DNA of 64,000 bases. It comes from Betaproteobacteria bacterium. Its GTDB lineage: Bacteria > Pseudomonadota > Gammaproteobacteria > Burkholderiales > Thiobacillaceae. The position numbers and the translations under genes were made by a program. The notes below the pieces were generated by a model. It had not been told where the DNA came from. It saw nothing but the letters and a program-made list of their open reading frames with translations, and did no database searches. Below, one piece after another: positions 43,961 to 52,074 of the stretch (within the stretch, counting starts at the first letter, position 1; each line of letters starts with the position of its first letter). The stretch covers positions 4,575-68,574 of the forward strand of contig JAGUXX010000201.1 of NCBI GenBank assembly GCA_020061585.1, in the 5' to 3' direction.

Positions 43961-45462
43961 ACCATCCAGTAAGTCAGGAGTGTCTTGCGATCCTTGTTCT
44001 GATTGATTCGGTCATCGACATAGAAGGAATCTTTCGGATCGTGGGTGGTGGAAATCTCTTCGATGATCGACCCGGTGGGCGATACGAAGGAATGCCGCAC
44101 GCCGGGTTCCACGGTCTGAACGTCGCCCGCCTTCAACACGCGTGGTTGGCCGTCCAACAGCATGTTCACCTCGCCGCGCAGGACGTGGAAGGTTTCTTCC
44201 TTGATGTGGTGGTATTGCTCGGGGTGCGTCTGGCCCGGCAGACTGACCAGCAGCTTCTTGCAATAGCCCCGGTTGACCACGGTAATCAGAACCAGACCCG
44301 TACGCTCGAACTCGTCGAGTCCGTAATGGTGCGAAATCTCCAGATCGGCGCTGCCTGGAACGATGATGCGGGCTTCCTCCAGCATCGACTTGACGCGCTG
44401 AGCAATCTCCCAGATCTTGGCCCGACGGTCTTCGCGTGTCGTGTTGTCCGGCGCTATCGGCGCATTCGCCTGGATATCGACCGCGGCGGTATAGACAGCA
44501 TATTTTGACCAGTCGTTGGCGGTGTACTGACCTTCCGCCGGCGGAAAGGCGAAATAGGTGTCATCCGGCTTTACAACGGTACCGGCGGCGATTGGACGGC
44601 GCGCAAACACGCCTCGACGCAAAGAGCGCAGGCTGGCCGCTTCGCGAGGGTTGACCGGCGGACGCGCATCCGCGGCGCCACACATGCGCAGTGCGCGCGT
44701 CGCTTCGGTCAGCCAGGCGAACATCTGCTCGGGGCTGACTGAATAGTTGTTCAGCGGATAGGCCGCAGTGGGCAATCCGACGTGCTTCTCGAACAGATTC
44801 GCGCCCTTGGCCACAGCCAGTTTGATGATATCGGTATTGCCCGGGTCTTCATGGCTGGACAAACCAATGCGCACGCCTGGATAGCGTTGCTTCAGGAAAT
44901 CAATCTGGGACAGGTGCATGTCCTGTTCGGAAGTCGGATATTCACCCACGCAATGCAGGATGGCGAATTCCTTGTCACGGTGCATCAGAAAGCTGACCAC
45001 CCGGTCCATGTCCTCGACGCGGGCACCCGCCGTGGAGGCGATGATGGGTTGCTGGCAGCGTACGACACGTTCCAGCAATGGCCAATCGGTGAAGGAACAA
45101 CTGGCGATCTTGATGATGTCCAGCCCCTGATCTTCGATCACGTCCACGGAAGGCTCATCGAAGGGAGTTGCCATGGCCAGAAAGCCGTTGGCTCGCATTT
45201 CGGCGACCAGACGGTCGAAATCGGCACGGCTCAGGCGGGTTTCGGAAAATCGCTTGACGTACTTGATGTCGTCCCGACCTTGCGCATCGGGATGGATAAA
45301 GCTGTCCAGATCGCGATACTGCAACTTGAAAGCGAAGCGAAACTGACCAAACGCGCGGCAAACTTCGCCAAAGCGCTGGATGATGTCAAGGCCGTGCCGC
45401 ACATCCCCCATATGGTTGTTGGCCATTTCAAGGACAACAAGATTTTCCGGGATTAGCTTCAT
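43957..45462 (-). CDS. NeuB-family (sialic-acid-synthase-like) PEP-condensing enzyme with a SAF domain and a C-terminal cupin domain
   Basis: The N-terminus VLEMANNHMGD...IIKIASCSFTDWPLLE is typical of NeuB/SpsE. A SAF-like segment RRPIAAGTVVKPDD follows. The C-terminal cupin segment is GQTHPEQYHHIKEETFHVLRGEVNMLLDGQ...VEPGVRHSF. Confidence 0.75.
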   Translation of the reverse strand: MKLIPENLVVLEMANNHMGDVRHGLDIIQRFGEVCRAFGQFRFAFKLQYRDLDSFIHPDAQGRDDIKYVKRFSETRLSRADFDRLVAEMRANGFLAMATPFDEPSVDVIEDQGLDIIKIASCSFTDWPLLERVVRCQQPIIASTAGARVEDMDRVVSFLMHRDKEFAILHCVGEYPTSEQDMHLSQIDFLKQRYPGVRIGLSSHEDPGNTDIIKLAVAKGANLFEKHVGLPTAAYPLNNYSVSPEQMFAWLTEATRALRMCGAADARPPVNPREAASLRSLRRGVFARRPIAAGTVVKPDDTYFAFPPAEGQYTANDWSKYAVYTAAVDIQANAPIAPDNTTREDRRAKIWEIAQRVKSMLEEARIIVPGSADLEISHHYGLDEFERTGLVLITVVNRGYCKKLLVSLPGQTHPEQYHHIKEETFHVLRGEVNMLLDGQPRVLKAGDVQTVEPGVRHSFVSPTGSIIEEISTTHDPKDSFYVDDRINQNKDRKTLLTYWMV

Positions 45463-45547
45463 GTAGGTTTCTCATTCATGGTCACGTTCCTGCCCATGGT
45501 CTGACAGGGGCTCAATCTATCGAGTTGAATCCGGCCCGAGTTTAGGT

Positions 45548-46234
45548 TCATCCCGCGCTCGCGTCAGCGAAAAAATCCCCCAGGTTCTTGAGATCGTCCG
45601 GCAAGGCAATCTTGTGCCAAGGCAGAGCCAGACCCCAGGCATCCGTATCGCCGCCATAACCCCAGGTCACCGCGACGAAGCTCATGCCATTGGCCTGCGC
45701 GGCCACGCCATCCTCACGGGTATCGCCGATATAGACCGTTCTTTCCGGATCGATCGATTGCTCCTGAAGCAGGCGTTGCAGCATGTCCGCCTTGCTCGCG
45801 TATCCCACCGGAATGCCGTCCTGACTGTAAACCGACTTGAAATAGCGCTCCCAGCCTTGGGCCTGGAGTATTTTACGAGTCGGCAGTAAGCGTTTGTTCG
45901 TTGCCAGATGCAAGCTTTGGCGATTCTCGTACAACTGCGCCAGCACGTCCGATACGCCCGGAAAGGGATGCGTGATCAAAGCCACCTCGGCGTCATAGCG
46001 ATGTTTGAAATCTTTCGCCAGAGCATCGAGCGCGACGACATCGTCAACTCCGGCGATCCTGGCCAGGGTCGCTTTCAACGGGGGACCGATCAGGTGGGGG
46101 CCGATGCTGACCACCGGCGCAAAACCAGCCTCCACCACCACCGCCTCAAGACATGCAAGTATCGCCGGCGCGGAGTCCACCAAGGTGCCGTCCAGGTCAA
46201 ACACCAACGCGTCGCAACGCCCCCCCGCCCTCAA
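45548..46234 (-). CDS. HAD-superfamily phosphatase (phosphoglycolate-phosphatase-like)
   Basis: [10 protein letters not shown] (DxDxT), LATNK, and [12 protein letters not shown]. The start is uncertain. TTG 46234 overlaps the rfbH stop (TTGA), and the track ORF's longer N-terminus overlaps rfbH. Confidence 0.75.
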   Translation of the reverse strand: MRAGGRCDALVFDLDGTLVDSAPAILACLEAVVVEAGFAPVVSIGPHLIGPPLKATLARIAGVDDVVALDALAKDFKHRYDAEVALITHPFPGVSDVLAQLYENRQSLHLATNKRLLPTRKILQAQGWERYFKSVYSQDGIPVGYASKADMLQRLLQEQSIDPERTVYIGDTREDGVAAQANGMSFVAVTWGYGGDTDAWGLALPWHKIALPDDLKNLGDFFADASAG

Positions 46235-47544
46235 AACCGCACCCCGAGAAATGTCTCGATCTTCTCGGCGACGAAATCGAGCATGGTAGCGCTCAAACCC
46301 GGATAAACGCCCAACCAGAAGGTATTCGCCATAACCGTATCGGTATTGTTCAACGAACCCGCGCAACGATAGGTCTTGTCCCGCATGTATGGTTGTCGGA
46401 GCAAATTTCCGGCGAACAGCAAGCGTGTGCCGATCTTGTATTGATCCAGGTATTTGAGCAGATCAACCCGATCAAAACCGACATCCTGTCTCAATGTAAC
46501 GGGAAACCCGAACCAGGAAGGCTCGGCGTGCTGCGTCGCCCCAGGCAAGATCAGGTGCTCCTGACAAGACGACAGGCGTTCGGACAACCCGTTGAAGTTC
46601 ATCCGGCGCGCGCTGACGAAGCCATCGAGCTTGTCCATCTGCGCCAAGCCGCAAGCCGCCTGCATATCGGTGATCTTCAGGTTGAAGCCCAAATGCGAAT
46701 AGATGTATTTGTGGTCATAACCTTCCGGCAGCTCCCCCAGCTTCCAGCAGAAACGCTGGCCGCAGGTATTGTCACGACCCGGCGCGCACCAGCAATCCCG
46801 CCCCCAGTCGCGAATCGATTCGATGGCGCGAACCAGCGTGTCATCGCTGGTGAACACCGCCCCGCCCTCGCCCATGGTGATGTGATGCGCCGGATAGAAA
46901 CTCAATGTCCCGATGTGCCCGAAGGTGCCGACATGCTGGCCGCGATAGGTCGAACCCAGGGCATCGCAACAATCCTCGATCACCCACAGGTTGTGCTTGC
47001 GCGCCAACGCCATGACGGCATCGAGATCAAACGGATTGCCCAGCGTGTGCGCCAGCATGATGGCGCGGGTACGCGGCGACACGGCGGCTTCAAGTTGCTC
47101 GGCGTCGATGTTGTAGGTGCCCAGGCGGACATCGACAAATACCGGCGTCATGCCATAGAGCAGAATCGGATTGACGGTGGTCGGAAAGCCGGCGGCCACG
47201 CTGATGACCTCATCGCCTGGGCGCAGCGCCCGGTCACCGAGCAGCGGCGAAGTGAGCGCGGCAAATGCAACCAGATTGGCCGACGAGCCGGAATTGACCG
47301 TACGGGCGTGGCGGCAGCCGATGAATTCGGCCAGACGCGTCTCCAGAGCGGCATTGAAACGCCCGGTCGTCAACCAACCATCCAGACTGGCGTCGACCAT
47401 ATTGACGAGTTCCTCCGCGCCGATCACCTTGCCGGACACGGGCACCGCGTCCTGGCCGGGCCGAAACGGCGTCGCATCAGCCTTGTCCAGCGCATATTCG
47501 CGGACCTGATCGAGTATCGCCAAACGTCGTTCTTCGAGGTTCAT
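46231..47544 (-). CDS. rfbH: CDP-6-deoxy-D-xylo-4-hexulose-3-dehydrase (RfbH/DdhC, E1-type)
   Basis: The start is taken at [17 protein letters not shown], which overlaps the rfbG stop (ATGA). It is DegT-fold with RfbH-specific features ([26 protein letters not shown]; [15 protein letters not shown], the Cys-rich Fe-S region). Confidence 0.88.
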   Translation of the reverse strand: MNLEERRLAILDQVREYALDKADATPFRPGQDAVPVSGKVIGAEELVNMVDASLDGWLTTGRFNAALETRLAEFIGCRHARTVNSGSSANLVAFAALTSPLLGDRALRPGDEVISVAAGFPTTVNPILLYGMTPVFVDVRLGTYNIDAEQLEAAVSPRTRAIMLAHTLGNPFDLDAVMALARKHNLWVIEDCCDALGSTYRGQHVGTFGHIGTLSFYPAHHITMGEGGAVFTSDDTLVRAIESIRDWGRDCWCAPGRDNTCGQRFCWKLGELPEGYDHKYIYSHLGFNLKITDMQAACGLAQMDKLDGFVSARRMNFNGLSERLSSCQEHLILPGATQHAEPSWFGFPVTLRQDVGFDRVDLLKYLDQYKIGTRLLFAGNLLRQPYMRDKTYRCAGSLNNTDTVMANTFWLGVYPGLSATMLDFVAEKIETFLGVRF

Positions 47545-48605
47545 GCTGAAAGCGCCATATAGTCTTCGATCTGGGTTTGGGTATAAGCGCGCATATCCGC
47601 GCCGGTCAGCCAGGCACGCTGCCAGTCGACGGTTTTTTCTAGCGCGGCCTGGATCCCGTATCGCGGTCTCCAGCCTAGTAGCGCGCGCGCCTGGCTGCTG
47701 TCCAGGGTCAGCAGACGCGCCTCGTGCGGCTGCTCGCCGGCCTCGGCCCGCCAGGTCGCGGTTTCGCCCCACGCTGACGCCAGTCGATCGAGCAATCCAG
47801 CGACCGACAACATCTCGGCGGCATCCGGCCCGAAGTTCCAGGCGCCGGCATGTTCACCGCGCAGCAGCCCCTCGGCGAGTCGCAGATACCCCGCCAGGGG
47901 TTCCAGAACATGTTGCCAGGGCCGCACGGCGGCGGGATTCCTGACGTTCAGCGCGCGCCCCGCCTGCCAGGCGCGCAAGGCATCCGGCACCAACCGGTCC
48001 GCCGCCCAATCGCCGCCGCCGATGACATTGCCGGCGCGCGCGGTGGCCACCTGGACTCGCCCGGCGAGGAAGGAATCGCGCCACGCAGAGGTAATGATCT
48101 CGGCGCAGGCCTTGCTGGCCGAGTACGGATCGCGGCCGCCCAGCGCGTCGGATTCCCGGTAGGGCCAGAGCCATTCCTGATTGCGGTAACACTTGTCGCT
48201 GGTGATCACCAGCAGCGCGCGAACCGAGTCGCAACCCCGCACGGCTTCCAGCAGGTTCATCGTGCCGACGACATTGCTGGTCAGAGTGCCGACCGGATCG
48301 CGATATCCTTCGCGCACCAGAGCCTGCGCCGCAAGATGCAACACCACTTCGGGTCGGGTTTGTTTTATGAACGAGGTCAAACAGGCCATATCGCGAAGAT
48401 CGCCGAGTTGCTGTTCGACCCCCTCGGCGACCCTGGCCGCGTCGAAAAGCGATGGCATGCTGGGCGGCGGCAAGGCAAAGCCGAACACCTTGGCGCCCAG
48501 TCGCTCCAGCCAGAGCGATAGCCAGCCGCCCTTGAAGCCGGTATGCCCGGTGACCAGTACCCGGCGCCCCCGCCAGATGTCCGGACTCACGCCCAGCAAC
48601 GCCAT
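47541..48605 (-). CDS. rfbG: CDP-glucose 4,6-dehydratase
   Basis: [28 protein letters not shown] (YxxxK), 354 aa, positioned between rfbF and rfbH. Confidence 0.9.
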   Translation of the reverse strand: MALLGVSPDIWRGRRVLVTGHTGFKGGWLSLWLERLGAKVFGFALPPPSMPSLFDAARVAEGVEQQLGDLRDMACLTSFIKQTRPEVVLHLAAQALVREGYRDPVGTLTSNVVGTMNLLEAVRGCDSVRALLVITSDKCYRNQEWLWPYRESDALGGRDPYSASKACAEIITSAWRDSFLAGRVQVATARAGNVIGGGDWAADRLVPDALRAWQAGRALNVRNPAAVRPWQHVLEPLAGYLRLAEGLLRGEHAGAWNFGPDAAEMLSVAGLLDRLASAWGETATWRAEAGEQPHEARLLTLDSSQARALLGWRPRYGIQAALEKTVDWQRAWLTGADMRAYTQTQIEDYMALSA

Positions 48606-49357
48606 GGCGCCTTGTTCTTCTGCCAGAGATCTTCCAACAGAACCTTGTCGCGCAGGGTATCCATGGCCTGCCAGAAACCGGTATGCGTAAAGGCGTTGAG
48701 CTCACCTTGCGCCGCCAGGGCGCGCATCGGCTCTTGTTCCCAGATGATGCCATCGTGCTCGATGTAGTCGAAGACCCCCGGTTCGAGGACAAAAAAGCCG
48801 CCGTTGATCCAGCCGCCGTCACCCAGCGGTTTTTCCTGGAATGAGAGTACTTTGCTGGCGCCGATTTCCAGTGCGCCATAACGCCCCGGCGGCTGCACGG
48901 CGGTCACCGTGGCCAGGCGTTGGTTCCGGCGATGGTGTTCAATCAGCGCTTGCAGATCGACATCGGAGACGCCATCACCGTAGGTGAAACAGAAGGTTTC
49001 GTCGCCCACATAATCTCGGATGCGCTTAAGACGCCCTCCCGTCATGGTGTCGTCACCCGTATCGACCAGGGTGACCTGCCAAGGCTCCGCATGCTGATGG
49101 TGGACATGCATGCGGTTGTTGCGCATGTCGAAGGTCACGTCTGACATATGCAGGAAGTAGTTGGCGTAATACTCTTTGATGACATAGCCTTTGTAGCCAA
49201 GGCAGACAACGAAATCATGTATTCCCTGGGCGGAGAAGATTTTCATGATATGCCAGATAATCGGCCGACCACCGATTTCGATCATCGGCTTGGGCTTGAG
49301 ATGAGACTCCTCGCTGATGCGTGAACCCATCCCCCCGGCAAGAATGACGCATTTCAT
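48587..49357 (-). CDS. rfbF: Glucose-1-phosphate cytidylyltransferase
   Basis: The start is taken at [39 protein letters not shown]. The hallmark RfbF/DdhA sequence runs throughout, 256 aa. Confidence 0.92.
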   Translation of the reverse strand: MKCVILAGGMGSRISEESHLKPKPMIEIGGRPIIWHIMKIFSAQGIHDFVVCLGYKGYVIKEYYANYFLHMSDVTFDMRNNRMHVHHQHAEPWQVTLVDTGDDTMTGGRLKRIRDYVGDETFCFTYGDGVSDVDLQALIEHHRRNQRLATVTAVQPPGRYGALEIGASKVLSFQEKPLGDGGWINGGFFVLEPGVFDYIEHDGIIWEQEPMRALAAQGELNAFTHTGFWQAMDTLRDKVLLEDLWQKNKAPWRCWA

Positions 49358-49493
49358 AGAACTGCCCTGTGATCGAGGTATGGAATCTTGGCTAGCAGTC
49401 CACCTGGTGCTACGTTCGACATGCGTCCGCACGGCACAGGTCTGCGCACACGAAGATATTCGACGACATTGGCGCCGTCGGAGTAGCCGACTT

Positions 49494-49865
49494 TCAGTTG
49501 CCGCTCAACCCGGAAGAAACATTCCGGTTGATGGAAATCAGGACATCGAGTTTTTCAGGCGAGGGGAAAGCCATGAGGTCATAGGTTCGCCTGTCGATGA
49601 ACAAGGACAGCGACAACAGATTTTTCTTGATCTCGACCGGCAAGGGATTCTCCGGGTCGGATATTTCAGTCTGGAAAAACGTCCAGACCCGTTGATTGAA
49701 GCGCAGCACGTCGTCAAGACGCTGTTCGAGTTCTGGCGAATTCCAGTTTGCCCTGACGTCGGCCAACAGGTTAGCGGATCTGGTCAACACTGACGCCTCC
49801 AACTCGCGACCGGCCAAGGTTGATTTCTCTACGGCCTGATAGGCATCAAGCGGGTTGACGGACAT
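49494..49865 (-). CDS. flaF: Flagellar biosynthesis regulator FlaF
   Basis: 123 aa, [27 protein letters not shown]...[38 protein letters not shown], matching alphaproteobacterial FlaF. Confidence 0.85.
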   Translation of the reverse strand: MSVNPLDAYQAVEKSTLAGRELEASVLTRSANLLADVRANWNSPELEQRLDDVLRFNQRVWTFFQTEISDPENPLPVEIKKNLLSLSLFIDRRTYDLMAFPSPEKLDVLISINRNVSSGLSGN

Positions 49866-50244
49866 GATTGATAAGCTCCTGTTCGTATTGCATCAATTTC
49901 CGGGCAATCTTCAGCGCCTGATAGTATTTGCCGCAGGCGAGCTCGGCATTCAACTCGGCAAGCATTGACCGAGTGCTTGGCGCCGCATGCAGCACTTCGG
50001 TCATCAGCCCGGCATAACTGTTCTGGTAGTTCATCAGGTTCATCGGGTCCATGTACATAAGCTGGACGCACAGATAAATCCGTCCGCAGACCGTAGTCAC
50101 CTCGGCCTCGGTGAGCACATCCTTTTCGCGCAGCACGGGCACATCGTTGAGTATGCTGAATTCGACGTACCCCTCAACATTTTGCACCACCGCCCCCCCG
50201 ATAAAGACTTTCTCGTGAGGCTTCAGCGAAATTTTGAGGGGCAT
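49846..50244 (-). CDS. flbT: Flagellin translational repressor FlbT
   Basis: MPLKISLKPHEKVFIGGAVVQN...PVLREKDVLTE...YYQALKIARKLMQYE closely parallels Caulobacter FlbT. The ATG at 50244 is preferred over the TTG at 50250. Confidence 0.85.
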   Translation of the reverse strand: MPLKISLKPHEKVFIGGAVVQNVEGYVEFSILNDVPVLREKDVLTEAEVTTVCGRIYLCVQLMYMDPMNLMNYQNSYAGLMTEVLHAAPSTRSMLAELNAELACGKYYQALKIARKLMQYEQELINHVRQPA

Positions 50245-50246
50245 GG

Positions 50247-50948
50247 TCAAACTCCAACTCGCGACAAGCCGGATTGTCCCATCACCAGCGCCCGCGAGGA
50301 ATCGGCAAGACGCGCGGAAACTTCATTGATCAACTGCCCAACAGCCTCTTCCGTCGCCGGTAAAAGTGGCAAATCTGCATTGATTTTCTCCGGCAAAGCC
50401 TGCGCCCGCTTGTGCAGCGCAACGACGCCGGCATCCAGTTTCTCTTGCAGTTGCGTCAGTGCCGAGCCGAAAGCCAGAACGTCATCATCCGTGGCGGACA
50501 AGGCATCCAGCGACGGCAAAGCGGCTTCGCGCGGATAGAAAACCGCCTCGCTATCGCCTTTGACCGGCGGCACAACCATGGCCTCCAACTGCTGACGCAA
50601 GCCATTGATGCCATTGATATATTGCATACGCCCATCGTTGCCGGGCGGAAACGGCGGATAGTTTTTGATCAAGGCCACCGCCTCGCCAATGTCCTTGACG
50701 ATTTCTTTGACATCATCAAGCGCCTGGTCGGCTGCGCGGATGGATCGAGCATATTGCATCGCCTCATCCTTCTCCGACGCCAGGGCGACAAACTCGGTAA
50801 ATTTGGCCGTCGACTCAACCAAGTCCTTGTCAGCGCCGACAACTGATTGCGCACTGCTTTTGACAGCACCCGCTTGAGGCTCACTGACGCGGCCAAGCCC
50901 TTGGCTATATGCCAGATTGATGCTCGAGATTTCTTGCATCGTAGTCAT
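50247..50948 (-). CDS. Hypothetical protein (233 aa) between flagellin and flbT
   Basis: A clean ORF with codon usage consistent with its neighbours. It is acidic, looks helical, and has no TM segment or signal peptide. It carries the distinctive motif KNYPPFPPGNDGR. No family recognised. Confidence 0.5.
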   Translation of the reverse strand: MTTMQEISSINLAYSQGLGRVSEPQAGAVKSSAQSVVGADKDLVESTAKFTEFVALASEKDEAMQYARSIRAADQALDDVKEIVKDIGEAVALIKNYPPFPPGNDGRMQYINGINGLRQQLEAMVVPPVKGDSEAVFYPREAALPSLDALSATDDDVLAFGSALTQLQEKLDAGVVALHKRAQALPEKINADLPLLPATEEAVGQLINEVSARLADSSRALVMGQSGLSRVGV

Positions 50949-50964
50949 GACTACCCCCTATGGC

Positions 50965-50996
50965 AAAAACCCCGAGGCGAGAATCTCGCCCCGGGG
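50965..50996 (-). terminator. Strong rho-independent terminator after the flagellin gene
   Basis: The minus-strand RNA CCCCGGGGCGAG-AUU-CUCGCCUCGGGG forms a 12-bp stem with one G-U pair, followed by UUUUUG. It starts 28 nt after the flagellin stop and ends 17 nt before the next ATG. Confidence 0.75.
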
Positions 50997-51024
50997 CACA
51001 CCTTCAGACCTCAAGGACGAGCGT

Positions 51025-51843
51025 TTAGAACAACCGCAGCACGCCTTGGGCCGCCTGGGAGGCAAGTGACAACGACGTGGTACCCAATTGCTGGCGCGTT
51101 TGCAGCATCAGCATATTGGCGCCTTCCTCATTGATATCCGCGAGTGTCAACTTGTCGGCGCCTTCCTTCAAAGTATTCACCATATCGGTGGTGAAATCGA
51201 TACGGGTCTGGATGATCGCCAGGTTGGAAGCCAAGGTGGCCGAGTTTTCGCGCAAGGTGGTCAACGCGGTATTCAGCGTATCTTCAAGCGTATCCAGAGT
51301 TGTGCCAGTATCGCCCGCACCAAGCGTGCCAATGGAAAGATCTGTCGTGGTTGCGCCACTGCCAGAGACGGTCAGCGAATTGGTTCCATCCTCATTGAAG
51401 CTGACTTTCAGCGTAGTGCCATCCTGAAGGAAATTGACACCCTTGTAGCTTGCATCCGCCACCAAGGTATCCATTTGCGCCACAAGCGTATCAAACTGAG
51501 CCACTTGTTCGGCAGTGGCACCGGTCCCGGAAGTCTCGGCGCGCGCCTGGGTAATCACGCCTCGCAGATTCTCGATGAGGCTGGTAATCGCCGTCACACC
51601 CTTGTCAGCGGCCTTGATGGTCTGAACCGCTTCGTTCATCGCATCCTTGCGACCTTCCAGTTGGCCGGCACGGTCGGTATGACCTTTGGCGGCGAAAAAG
51701 TTGGCGGGGTTGTCGAGTGCCGAATTGATTTTCTTGCCGGTACTGAGGCGCTCTTGCGTCCGGTTCATGCTATTGGTGGTTTCTTGCAGGGAAACCAGCG
51801 TGGAACGCATTGATGCGGTCAGGGAGATGTCGTTCATTGCCAT
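51025..51843 (-). CDS. Flagellin (short, alphaproteobacterial LafA/Fla-like type)
   Basis: 272 aa. The N-terminus is LSTGKKINSALDNPANFFAAKG and the C-terminus is LMLQTRQQLGTTSLSLASQAAQGVLRLF. There is no large variable D2/D3 insert. Confidence 0.9.
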   Translation of the reverse strand: MAMNDISLTASMRSTLVSLQETTNSMNRTQERLSTGKKINSALDNPANFFAAKGHTDRAGQLEGRKDAMNEAVQTIKAADKGVTAITSLIENLRGVITQARAETSGTGATAEQVAQFDTLVAQMDTLVADASYKGVNFLQDGTTLKVSFNEDGTNSLTVSGSGATTTDLSIGTLGAGDTGTTLDTLEDTLNTALTTLRENSATLASNLAIIQTRIDFTTDMVNTLKEGADKLTLADINEEGANMLMLQTRQQLGTTSLSLASQAAQGVLRLF

Positions 51844-51924
51844 GATAAAACTCCTGTTCTAGGTTGATGTCCGGAAGGGATTCTCCCCTCCGTTGCCGCA
51901 ACTTGAATTGCCGCGGTTGAACCA

Positions 51925-51951
51925 CTTACGGCAGCATGAAAAAAAACTTTA
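51925..51951 (-). promoter_or_regulatory. Sigma-28 (FliA)-type promoter upstream of the flagellin gene
   Basis: The minus strand reads TAAAGTTT-N11-GCCGTAAG, against the consensus TAAAGTTT-N11-GCCGATAA. The -10 element ends about 80 nt upstream of the flagellin ATG. Confidence 0.7.
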
Positions 51952-52074
51952 GGGTTTTTTCCATAAAAATTTTCGGGGCTGATCGCATGTCCTCGCCAAA
52001 GGTCGCTCTGCCTTGACCTACAAGTGTTGAACAGACGCTATATACTGAAAGAGAACCTGCATGAGGTCCATGGC

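Larger units (their letters stand above)
20424..49357 (-). other. Glycan biosynthesis/transfer island (23 genes), inferred flagellin O-glycosylation island
   Basis: An uninterrupted run of co-directional, mostly overlapping or closely spaced genes for soluble sugar-modifying enzymes and glycosyltransferases. It lies directly downstream of flagellin-flbT-flaF. No flippase, polymerase, exporter or initiating polyprenyl-P transferase is present. Confidence 0.65.
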
